Source: Rhodospirillaceae bacterium (GTDB lineage: Bacteria > Pseudomonadota > Alphaproteobacteria > UBA7887). Taken from it: a stretch of DNA of 53,534 bases. Under the pieces are notes generated by a model. That model did not search any database. It was not told the origin of the DNA and saw nothing but the letters and a program-made list of their open reading frames with translations. The translations under genes were made by a program, and so were the position numbers. The DNA lies in the NCBI GenBank assembly GCA_002728255.1, contig PBWV01000024.1:11923-65456 (forward strand), in the 5' to 3' direction. This document shows, in pieces, positions 8,013 through 16,346 of the stretch (positions are counted from its first letter, which is position 1; each line of letters begins with the position of its first letter).

Positions 8013-9110
8013 ATGAATAAATCTACTGTAATGGGAATTGTGGGAGGATTGGTTGTAGGCCTCCTAATCGGGAGCTTCGCGCTTCAGTCTGGCGGAGACC
8101 AACAGGAATCTGGTGGCCAGATTGAGGTGGCGTCGAACCAGGAAGTGGTTAACTGGTCCATGCCTAGCAGTTTCCCGGGTACTATGATTCTCGCTGGGAC
8201 TGGAGGAAAGGATTTCGAAGAGAATGTCCGAGTTCTTTCCGACGGAACTTTAAACATTCGATTTTTTGATCCGGGCGCGTTGGTGCCCCCCCTAGAAATT
8301 TTTGATGCTGTGTCTGCGGGAGCTGCAAATTCGGGATGGACCTCACCCGGGTATTGGGCGGGCAAGGTACCTGCAGTTCAGTTTTTTGCTGCTATCCCAT
8401 TTGGACCCGATGCGGGAGAATACGTCGCTTGGATGTACCATGGTGGGGGCCTAGAGCTCATGCAAGAAATTTACGCGCGATACAACATACATTCTCAACC
8501 TTGCATGTTGCAGCCACCAGAAGGTTCCGGGTGGTTCCGCGCCGAGATAAAGTCCCTTGATGAGCTTAAAGGGCTAAAAATGCGATTCTTTGGCCTCGGT
8601 GCCAAGGTAATGGAAAAGATAGGCGTTTCAACCCAACTTATAGCGGGGGGCGATATTTTTCCCGCTCTTGAACTTGGAACAATAGATGCCACAGAGTTCT
8701 CGATGCCAGTTATGGATCTAGATCTTGGTTTTCATGAGGTGGCAAAGCATTACTATTTCCCAGGCTGGCATCAACCCACCAGTTTGGGCGAGTTTATGGT
8801 TAACCTTGACGATTGGAACAGCCTATCTCAGGTCCACAAGGAGATTATAAACACTGTGTGTAAAGCGAATATGTTGCGAACTTTTGCGTTGGGTGATGCA
8901 GTTCAGTTTCCTGCCTTAAAGGAAATTCAAGCCAAGGGTGTAACTCTTCATAGATGGCCGCAGGAGACCCTTGATGTGTTGGAGTCTGCCTGGGATGAGG
9001 TTGTGGAGGAGATGGCAAGTGGGAACGAAGACTTTGCTCGGGTATGGGCTTCTCTGAAGAGTTTCCGCGAGGAATATAAAGTTTGGGGAGACCTTGGCTA
9101 TCTTGATTAG
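8013..9110 (+). CDS. TRAP transporter substrate-binding protein (COG4663-type), paralogue 1
   Basis: 365 aa. N-terminal hydrophobic anchor GIVGGLVVGLLIGSFAL. DctP-family core. Roughly 70% identical by eye to the next ORF. Confidence 0.85.
   Translation: MNKSTVMGIVGGLVVGLLIGSFALQSGGDQQESGGQIEVASNQEVVNWSMPSSFPGTMILAGTGGKDFEENVRVLSDGTLNIRFFDPGALVPPLEIFDAVSAGAANSGWTSPGYWAGKVPAVQFFAAIPFGPDAGEYVAWMYHGGGLELMQEIYARYNIHSQPCMLQPPEGSGWFRAEIKSLDELKGLKMRFFGLGAKVMEKIGVSTQLIAGGDIFPALELGTIDATEFSMPVMDLDLGFHEVAKHYYFPGWHQPTSLGEFMVNLDDWNSLSQVHKEIINTVCKANMLRTFALGDAVQFPALKEIQAKGVTLHRWPQETLDVLESAWDEVVEEMASGNEDFARVWASLKSFREEYKVWGDLGYLD
8436..8510 (+). repeat. near-identical 75-nt tract shared with 9630-9704 (candidate gene-conversion tract)
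   Basis: Manual alignment gives 72 of 75 nt identical, with mismatches at tract positions 30, 55 and 69. The 30 nt immediately upstream match at only 19 of 30. Confidence 0.6.
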
Positions 9111-9194
9111 GAAACACAAAAACTAGATATTAAAGTCGCGATCGCGGGTTTAATTTAGAACGGTCTCTCGGTGATTAATCTGGAGGGTTAAAGA

Positions 9195-10304
9195 ATGACT
9201 AAATCTCCTGCTATTGTGGGAATTGTTGGCGTCTTGGTTGGTTTGTTGGTTGGATCTTTTATTTTTTCTGGAAAAACCGAAACCGATGGACAGGTGACCA
9301 CTGTTGCCGATAGCGATGCCACTAATGAAACGATAGAAAAAGTCAGATGGAAGATGGCTAGTAGTTTTTCCGCCCAACTTGTTCTTGCGGGAACAATGGG
9401 AAAGACTTTGGAGCAGCAGGTGTATAAGCTTTCTGGAGGCGAGATGGAGCTGAAGTTCTTTGATCCTGGTGCCTTGGTGCCAGCTCTAGAAATTTTTGAT
9501 GCAGTTTCAGCTGGTGCGGTGAACGCGGGTTGGACCAACCCTGGATTTTGGGCTGGAAAAATTCCCGCTCTGCAATTTTTTGCGGCCGTACCGTTTGGCC
9601 CAGGTCCAGGGGAAACTGTGGCCTGGGTGTACCATGGTGGGGGCCTAGAGCTCATGCAGGAAATTTACGCGCGATACAACATATATTCTCAACCTTGTAT
9701 GTTGATACCGCCCGAAGGAGCGGGGTGGTTTAGACAGGAGATCACATCGATTGACGAGCTCAAGGGCTTAAAAATGCGCTTCTTTGGGCTCGGCGCAAAG
9801 GTTATGGAAAAGATTGGTGTTTCAACCCAACTTATAGCCGCGGGTGATATTTTTCCTGCCCTCGAGCTGGGCACTATTGACGCAACTGAGTTTTCGCTTC
9901 CGGCGATTGACCTTGAACTCGGTTTCCAGGCAGTCGCTAAGCACTATTATTTTCCAGGTTGGCACCAGCCTACCACAATGGGCGAGTTGATGATTAATTT
10001 GTCAGATTGGAATACTCTTTCTGAGCAGCAGAAAATAGTGATTAATGAGGCGTGTCGGTCAAATATGTTAAAAAGTTTGGCAGAGGGAGAGGCTATTCAA
10101 TTTCCCGCACTGCAGGAGCTTGAGGCTCAGGGAGTTACGCTACATAGGTGGCCCGACGAGACTATTGAGGTTTTCAGGGGGGCATGGGAAGAAGTCGCTG
10201 CAGAGGAGGCGGCGAATGATGCCGAGTTTGCAAAGGTCTTAGCTTCTTTAACCGAGTTTCGGGAAAACTATAAGGTTTGGGGTGACCTTGGCTATCTTGA
10301 CTAG
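9195..10304 (+). CDS. TRAP transporter substrate-binding protein (COG4663-type), paralogue 2
   Basis: 369 aa. GGAGGG lies upstream of ATG 9195. Hydrophobic anchor IVGIVGVLVGLLVGSFIF. Collinear with the 8013 ORF through to the identical C-terminus KVWGDLGYLD. Confidence 0.85.
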   Translation: MTKSPAIVGIVGVLVGLLVGSFIFSGKTETDGQVTTVADSDATNETIEKVRWKMASSFSAQLVLAGTMGKTLEQQVYKLSGGEMELKFFDPGALVPALEIFDAVSAGAVNAGWTNPGFWAGKIPALQFFAAVPFGPGPGETVAWVYHGGGLELMQEIYARYNIYSQPCMLIPPEGAGWFRQEITSIDELKGLKMRFFGLGAKVMEKIGVSTQLIAAGDIFPALELGTIDATEFSLPAIDLELGFQAVAKHYYFPGWHQPTTMGELMINLSDWNTLSEQQKIVINEACRSNMLKSLAEGEAIQFPALQELEAQGVTLHRWPDETIEVFRGAWEEVAAEEAANDAEFAKVLASLTEFRENYKVWGDLGYLD

Positions 10305-10321
10305 GCAGCACATCAAAAATA

Positions 10322-12025
10322 GTGGCAGCTTCAAACGAGTTTGATGTCGTAGTATTAGGAGCTGGGGCGGGAGGAATGGCCGCTGCAGTTGTTGCAGCGA
10401 CGGAAGGCCTGAAAGTATGTCTGTTGGAGAAAACAGAGCACGTTGGGGGTACGACAGCTTGGTCGGGAGGCATGGTGTGGGCTCCCTTATCGAGCCCAGC
10501 CAAAAAAAATGCAGGGTTCAAGGACACAAAAGGGGATGTCGCGAGGTACTTGGAGGGGGTCGTTCCAGGGTCCCGAGGGGAGCCGCGGATGGCGGCGTTC
10601 CTTAACACGATTCCGAACGCTCTTGATTATTTTGAGCGTCATACCCTCGTTAAGTTCAGGCCTCTGTCCGAATATCCAGATTACTACCAAGAACTGGATG
10701 GTTGCAGCGTTTCGGGTCGAGTATTAGAGCCCGAACCCTTTAATTCGACAAATTTAGGGGCTCATCTAAGGGACCTCCGGCTGCCACTTCCCGAATTTGC
10801 GTTGTTTTCCGACATGATGGTTGCGCGCGAAGACCTTTCCCATTTTCAGAATGTCTTCCGTTCTATCCGCTCGTTCGGAAAGGTTGGAGCGCTCCTGAGT
10901 CGTTACGCCTATCAGAAAATTCGATGGGGAAGGGGAGTTGATTTGGTGTTGGGCAACGCGTTGGCAGGCCGCTTATATGCAGCTGTGCTAGAGGCGGGTA
11001 TTACAGTCAGGATGGGTGAACAAGTCTCTAATCTTCAACGGGGTGGGCTTGGCCGTGTAGACGGAGTTGAACTGCTTGGAGGTGAAACTATTTCGGCAAG
11101 GCAAGGAGTAGTTTTGGCGACGGGAGGTTTTACTGGAAATTTAAGGCTAAGAGAAAAGTACTTAGCACAAGGTATGGGGAATTATAGCGCAACGGCTCCA
11201 GGAGCATTAGGTGATGGCCTCCATTTGGCGGTATCGGCTGGTGGAACCTTTTCTCAAGTACGGGATGGGAACGCTTTCTTAGCTCCGGTTTCCCGTTATA
11301 CGCGTCCGGACGGGAGCTTGGCGGTATTTCCTCATACGGTTTCAGATCGTGCTAAACCCGGACTTATAGCAGTAGATAACAGGGGTGAGCGTTTTGTTAA
11401 TGAGGCGATATCCTATCATGAGTTCGGCCGCGCCCTCTTGTCTCACCAGAATACAAATGGTCCTGAAAAGGCATTTGCGTGGCTTATCGCCGATTCAAGA
11501 TTCGTTTGGGAGTATGGTCTGGGGGCTCTAAAGCCTAAAAATTTGAATAAAAAATATCTAGTGGCCATTGGATATTTGTTGGAGGGCTCCAACCTGTCTG
11601 ACCTAACACAGAAGTTAGAATTGCCACCTGGTAGTTTAGAAGACACCGTTTCTTGCTACAATGGTTCGGCTGCGCAAGGCTTGGACCCCCAATTTGGCCG
11701 AGGAGGGAATGCATACGAGCGTTTTTTAGGAGATAGTCAGAACAAGCCTAATCCATGCGTGGCGCCCATCCAGCGAGCCCCATATTTTGCTATCCGGGTT
11801 GAGGTGGGTGATCTTGCGGCTGCAGGCGGCGTGAACACAGACGCTAGTTCGCGAGTAATGGACGAAAGCGGTAACTTCATACCGGGGTTATACGCTTGTG
11901 GGGCTGATGCAAAATCCATTATGGAAGGGAATTATCCCGGTCCTGGAATTACGCTGGGTCCGGCACTAGCTTTTGGGTTTTCGGCGGCCATGAACATTGC
12001 TAGCTCAACAAAAAACGCCTGTTGA
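10322..12025 (+). CDS. FAD-dependent oxidoreductase (KstD / fumarate-reductase flavoprotein-like)
   Basis: N-terminal dinucleotide fold DVVVLGAGAGGMAAA...LEK...GGTT. C-terminal GLYACGAD motif. GTG start is forced because the first ATG lies inside the Rossmann motif. Only 17 nt downstream of the second SBP. Confidence 0.8.
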   Translation: MAASNEFDVVVLGAGAGGMAAAVVAATEGLKVCLLEKTEHVGGTTAWSGGMVWAPLSSPAKKNAGFKDTKGDVARYLEGVVPGSRGEPRMAAFLNTIPNALDYFERHTLVKFRPLSEYPDYYQELDGCSVSGRVLEPEPFNSTNLGAHLRDLRLPLPEFALFSDMMVAREDLSHFQNVFRSIRSFGKVGALLSRYAYQKIRWGRGVDLVLGNALAGRLYAAVLEAGITVRMGEQVSNLQRGGLGRVDGVELLGGETISARQGVVLATGGFTGNLRLREKYLAQGMGNYSATAPGALGDGLHLAVSAGGTFSQVRDGNAFLAPVSRYTRPDGSLAVFPHTVSDRAKPGLIAVDNRGERFVNEAISYHEFGRALLSHQNTNGPEKAFAWLIADSRFVWEYGLGALKPKNLNKKYLVAIGYLLEGSNLSDLTQKLELPPGSLEDTVSCYNGSAAQGLDPQFGRGGNAYERFLGDSQNKPNPCVAPIQRAPYFAIRVEVGDLAAAGGVNTDASSRVMDESGNFIPGLYACGADAKSIMEGNYPGPGITLGPALAFGFSAAMNIASSTKNAC

Positions 12026-12030
12026 TATAG

Positions 12031-12053
12031 GAGGTCGGCAAATGCCGTGCCTT
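12031..12053 (+). terminator. possible interrupted hairpin terminator
   Basis: GAGG-T-CGGC-AAAT-GCCG-TG-CCTT followed by TCCTTTCC. Lies between convergent stops at 12025 and 12102. The stem is imperfect. Confidence 0.3.
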
Positions 12054-12101
12054 CCTTTCCTATATTATGTCAATTTTACCTCTATGGTAGTAAGCTTAAT
12101 C

Positions 12102-13373
12102 TTATCTCAGTGGGCGATGTGCTGTTTCTGGAAACCTTATTATCACTACCGCAGTTATGAAGGATGCCGATAATACATAAAATGCTGGCGAGAGAGGAGA
12201 ATTGGTAATGTCGATCAACCAGGTGGCTATAAATGGCGCAAAACCACCGAATATTGCAACTGCCAAACTGTAGCCCACAGACATACCAGTGGCCCGTTTG
12301 GTTGTATCAAATAGCTCGGCTATGGCCGCTGGCCCCGGACCCGAATAGAGGGCAATAAGGATGCCAAAAAATACCTGAACACAGATAAGGGAAAGCAAAG
12401 TGGGGCTGGTTAAAAGATAATTAAAGATTGGATAAACGGCCACAGCGACAACAATACATGATCCAATAAGAAATGGCTTTCTCCCATATTTGTCTGAAAA
12501 ATACCCAGTTACAGGAGCCAGAATAATTAGGGTCAGCAATCCGGCTGCGTTAGACCATAGTGCATCTGCTCTTTCTAAGTTGAGATGCCGAATGGCAAAG
12601 GTGGGCATGTATGCTAGAAAGATATAGTAGACAACAGTCCAGTGGATCGTGAATCCGAAAGCACGTAGGGCCGGTATGAGGATTGTTTCATCGCTTTGCG
12701 TGACTGCGCTTGGTTCAGAGGTAGTTTGCGTGAAGACTGGGCTTTCATCAACATTGCGCCGAATGTAAATTCCTACTATCCCGATAAAGGCACCTAATAA
12801 AAACGGAATTCGCCATCCCCATTCTACAAAACTCGTTTCATCTAGCGCCGTGCTTAGGATAGCGGCAAAACCGGAGCCCAAAAGTAACCCGGCAGCGACA
12901 CTGACTTGTTGCAGGCTTCCTGTCAGACCGCGTTTATTTTTTCCGGCCCATTCGACTATAAAGGCGGTGCCTCCACCCCATTCACCCCCAGCGGAAAAAC
13001 CTTGAAGTAGCCGGGCTAATACTAGAATTATGGGAGCTGCCAAACCGATTTGACTATAGGTTGGAAGGATGCCTATCAATAATGTGGCAACGGCCATCAA
13101 CTGAATAGTTAATACTAGAGTAAATTTACGACCTTTCCGGTCCGCAAGATGACCGAAGATAATTCCACCTATCGGTCGGGCAGCAAACCCAACGCCAAAG
13201 GCAGCAAAAGTTCTTAGAAGCGAAGTTACTTCATCGGTGGAGGGGAAAAAGTGATTCGCCAGAATAGTGGCTAAAAAGCCGTAGACGGCGAAATCATACC
13301 ACTCAAGGGTGTTGCCAATAACTGCGGCCACGAGCGCCCGGCGCGCCTTTTTTTTATCATCCGATATCATCAT
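12102..13373 (-). CDS. MFS transporter, metabolite:H+ symporter (MHS) family
   Basis: 423 aa and polytopic. N-terminal LEWYDFAVYGF motif and GHLADRKGRK loop are typical of the KgtP/ProP-type MHS family. Confidence 0.85.
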   Translation of the reverse strand: MMISDDKKKARRALVAAVIGNTLEWYDFAVYGFLATILANHFFPSTDEVTSLLRTFAAFGVGFAARPIGGIIFGHLADRKGRKFTLVLTIQLMAVATLLIGILPTYSQIGLAAPIILVLARLLQGFSAGGEWGGGTAFIVEWAGKNKRGLTGSLQQVSVAAGLLLGSGFAAILSTALDETSFVEWGWRIPFLLGAFIGIVGIYIRRNVDESPVFTQTTSEPSAVTQSDETILIPALRAFGFTIHWTVVYYIFLAYMPTFAIRHLNLERADALWSNAAGLLTLIILAPVTGYFSDKYGRKPFLIGSCIVVAVAVYPIFNYLLTSPTLLSLICVQVFFGILIALYSGPGPAAIAELFDTTKRATGMSVGYSLAVAIFGGFAPFIATWLIDITNSPLSPAFYVLSASFITAVVIIRFPETAHRPLR

Positions 13374-13469
13374 TGTGTGGTGACGTTCTCACTTTGTCTT
13401 GATTTACACCGGTCATATATACCCTATTATAGGTGAGAGGCTTTGTTTTTTCTTAGAAGGGGTGGATAG

Positions 13470-14399
13470 GTGGTGAAAATAGCAGAGAGGCAAGAGCGAG
13501 CAGCGGCTGAGAGTGGAAGTGGTGAGACCACGTATAGTCAGCGAGCGCGGTATTTTGATGCCGGGGCATTTTTTAAGGCAGGTCTTTCCCCTATTCCGGC
13601 AGCTGGCTTTGTTGCGGAACGTGACAAAGCGTTTGATCCGGGAACTGGGACAAAACTCATTTTAGTGGATCAAGGTAAAGCTATGAACATTGATTTTCCG
13701 GCAACTACTCCCTTGATATTGGCGGCTTATGCGCGGGTTCAGGCTGGGGATGTTTTGACTTACAACCCGTGCGCTTCAACGATTTTTGGTTTCGTGATTA
13801 AAGGAGATGGGCAACTTCTCCAGAATAAAGATAAAATAGGCTGGGCTACAGGTGATATATTTTGTCTCCCCGGGGGTGTGCCCATTTCTTTTGCGAGCGG
13901 AGATGAAGACAGCATACTTTGGTTAGTTAGTAATGAGCCACAATTTTCCTTTGAGCGTTGTGGTCCACCTGAAATTAGTTCCTCTCTTGTTAAGGCAACG
14001 CACTTTCCGGCCAATGATATAGGTAGCGAGCTCGGGAGACTTGCTGGTCGCGAGTACGATGAGGGAGGGTCAGCTGTTATCCTTTCCTCCGAGGGTCTGG
14101 AGCAGGGGAGGGCCCTTTCGCCAACGCTTACCCTTTCCATGAATCAATTGCGGGCAGGCGCAAACCAGCCACCTCACCGACACAATTCAGTAGCTGTATC
14201 GCTGATTGTTAATGGTGCCAACTGTTATTCAATGGTGGATGGAGTAAAGATGGATTGGTTGCCATGGTCCACTGTAGTTACTCCCCCAGGAAGCGTGCAC
14301 TCGCATCACAACGAAGACGGACATGGTGCGCATTGGCTCATTGTGCAGGATGGTGGTTTGTACAATCACTGCCGGACTATGGGGTTCAGTCCAGCGTAA
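13470..14399 (+). CDS. bicupin protein, gentisate 1,2-dioxygenase-like
   Basis: 309 aa. The C-terminal cupin PPHRHNSVAVSLIVNG...TPPGSVHSHHNE resembles the GDO metal site (HRH...H). GTG start behind AAGGGG. Confidence 0.6.
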   Translation: MVKIAERQERAAAESGSGETTYSQRARYFDAGAFFKAGLSPIPAAGFVAERDKAFDPGTGTKLILVDQGKAMNIDFPATTPLILAAYARVQAGDVLTYNPCASTIFGFVIKGDGQLLQNKDKIGWATGDIFCLPGGVPISFASGDEDSILWLVSNEPQFSFERCGPPEISSSLVKATHFPANDIGSELGRLAGREYDEGGSAVILSSEGLEQGRALSPTLTLSMNQLRAGANQPPHRHNSVAVSLIVNGANCYSMVDGVKMDWLPWSTVVTPPGSVHSHHNEDGHGAHWLIVQDGGLYNHCRTMGFSPA

Positions 14400-14950
14400 T
14401 ACAAAGGAATTGCATCAATTGCGATGTTGACAAGATGTTCGTTGTCTCTTAACTGATTTTGAAATTTTGGATACGTTCGGGATTGTTCATGAAGCTCTTA
14501 AGCTAGGCGGGCTAGTTCTGCAGTCTTGTGACTGGTTCTAATGTATCCTGGTAGACTTCCAGTCATCTATTTTGTTAAAATAATTATTATTGTTGCTTGC
14601 CGTTTTTTAACCAGAGGATTTTGAAAGTTCAAATTACTCCTCGCCATTGGGTTATCTGTGAGAAATCAGTTTACTAAGGACCTGCTGTTAAGAAACTGTA
14701 ATCGTGTGCGCGGGCGTTGTGGTTTCAGAAGTGAGAGAGCCTTGCCAAAATACCGAATTCCACGTTAGTACTGGCAGAGATTTAATCGGTTTTCCGTAGA
14801 CGAATCAGCATAAGTTTCGGGGGGCTATTATTTCTTATATTTAAGCAAGTTTCGAATTTCTGGTGCGATTTTTTTTGTGTTTATTTTCGTGAAAATAGAC
14901 TGAAATTTGGCTGATTACCAACCAGCAGGATATAATTAGATGGGTGCTGT

Positions 14951-16267
14951 GTGAAAGATTTGGAACAAGCTACTTCAGGTCGAGAGAAGAGAAACACCAC
15001 GATGTTTCTGCTCACCGCCGGGTTACTACTTTCGGCTATTTTTGTAATTTCTGGTCAGCGTCCCGACTATTACAAGGATTATCCTGTAGACTTCTCGGGG
15101 ATGAGCCCGGATGACTACGTTCTTACTGCGGGCATGGACGATACTGGCATTCCGCGAATTAAGCAGGCGTATTTTGAGAACACTCCTCCGCCTCGTATTG
15201 GTGTTTACGGTCATCATATTGTGAAATATATGAGTCTGGGAGCATTTCCTTTTGATACTGATGTTTCGTATTTTTTTAATTACTACGTTCAGCACATTTC
15301 TTTGCGGGAGATTGCGGATCTTTTGCAGTACCAAGAGGAAAAGGGAAAGCTTCCCACCAACCTAGGCTTGATTCACCTTTCACACCCATATCTTGGGCCG
15401 CAGCTACTCACAGAATATCGTTGGAGTATGCCATTTGAGTTCTATCTAAACTCTGCCTTTAAGTGGGATGTTCTTTCAGTACAAAAAGTCAAATTCCTGG
15501 GGGAGGGGTACATTTCTCGGTTACAGTTTCGTTTGGATTGGAAACACCTAGCCTATGGTTTGTTCAATATAGCTCTGGGTGATGGGTGTCAGAAATATGG
15601 AATGTACAAGACAGGTGAAGCGCCTCACTCCGTTGAAGTCCCAATTTGGATGGATAGGCTTAGAGAGATTGGGCTTGGAGTGCTTGTCGATAAGTTTGAA
15701 GCTGTATACTCTCAAGATTGTGGGGTAAGGCGTGTTCAAGGACTCAGAGGTCTGCGACGAGACGGCACATTTTACGGGCCCTACGAAGATTATAGATGGG
15801 TGGACAAGGGCCGTCCTCCCAGGTCTCTTGGCATGTGGACCTCAGAGGACGTACAATCTATCCATAAAATTGCGTTGGAAATTCAGGAAATTGGCAAACG
15901 AAACGGTTTGGATATGGTATTTTTCATTCCTCCCCGCTTGGGCAGCTACTTTCCAAATGCAGGCCACGAGCATTTTGATCAGGCTGTGTCCCTAATGCAG
16001 GCGGGTGGAATGGTTGTTTTGGATACTCGGCGCGCTTTTGGTGATTACAACTCCACTGGTTCAGAGGGCGGAGACAGTGATAATCTGCGAGGGAAGATTA
16101 CTGAATTTGAGAGGAGTGGGCAATTAGCCTCCGACTATTTGTGGGGTCAGGACCATGTGCGTGATAGTTATTTCCGGCTCATAATTGATGAACTCGAGAC
16201 AAGAGGGCTTCTTCCTTTACCTAGTCCTGTACAGCTAAGTAGGGATCTGCTCGGAGTGGTTGGGTAA
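14951..16267 (+). CDS. hypothetical membrane-anchored protein, candidate extracytoplasmic partner of the adjacent MBOAT
   Basis: 438-aa ORF (GTG 14951; alternative ATG 15002). Single N-terminal TM MFLLTAGLLLSAIFVISG. Size, topology and position next to an MBOAT recall DltD/AlgJ/PatB-type partners. I cannot find GDS(L), DxHW or GSSE catalytic motifs. Confidence 0.45.
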   Translation: MKDLEQATSGREKRNTTMFLLTAGLLLSAIFVISGQRPDYYKDYPVDFSGMSPDDYVLTAGMDDTGIPRIKQAYFENTPPPRIGVYGHHIVKYMSLGAFPFDTDVSYFFNYYVQHISLREIADLLQYQEEKGKLPTNLGLIHLSHPYLGPQLLTEYRWSMPFEFYLNSAFKWDVLSVQKVKFLGEGYISRLQFRLDWKHLAYGLFNIALGDGCQKYGMYKTGEAPHSVEVPIWMDRLREIGLGVLVDKFEAVYSQDCGVRRVQGLRGLRRDGTFYGPYEDYRWVDKGRPPRSLGMWTSEDVQSIHKIALEIQEIGKRNGLDMVFFIPPRLGSYFPNAGHEHFDQAVSLMQAGGMVVLDTRRAFGDYNSTGSEGGDSDNLRGKITEFERSGQLASDYLWGQDHVRDSYFRLIIDELETRGLLPLPSPVQLSRDLLGVVG

Positions 16268-16346
16268 GTCCATATAATGTTTTCTAATTATTCAAGACCC
16301 ATCTGGTATGCACAAAGTCCCCTAGAAATTTTGTTATGCTGCATAT

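Noticed and set aside
9137-9146. CGCGATCGCG palindrome containing the cyanobacterial HIP1 core GCGATCGC
   Set aside because: I found only one other GCGATCGC in the window (50489-50496), which is roughly the chance expectation for an 8-mer in 53 kb. As a hairpin it would have only a 3-bp stem.
8084-10608. Antisense ORFs 8084-8365, 9188-9655 and 10174-10608 (93-155 aa) inside the TRAP SBP and flavoprotein genes
   Set aside because: They occupy homologous antisense positions in both SBP paralogues. They have Pro/Ser/Ala-rich composition and no start context. The sense-strand genes have strong family motifs.
14506-14520. ops/JUMPstart-like sequence GGCGGGCTAG upstream of the MBOAT module
   Set aside because: It does not match the ops core GGCGGTAG: G replaces T and the downstream bases differ. 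No rfaH-type context can be assessed.
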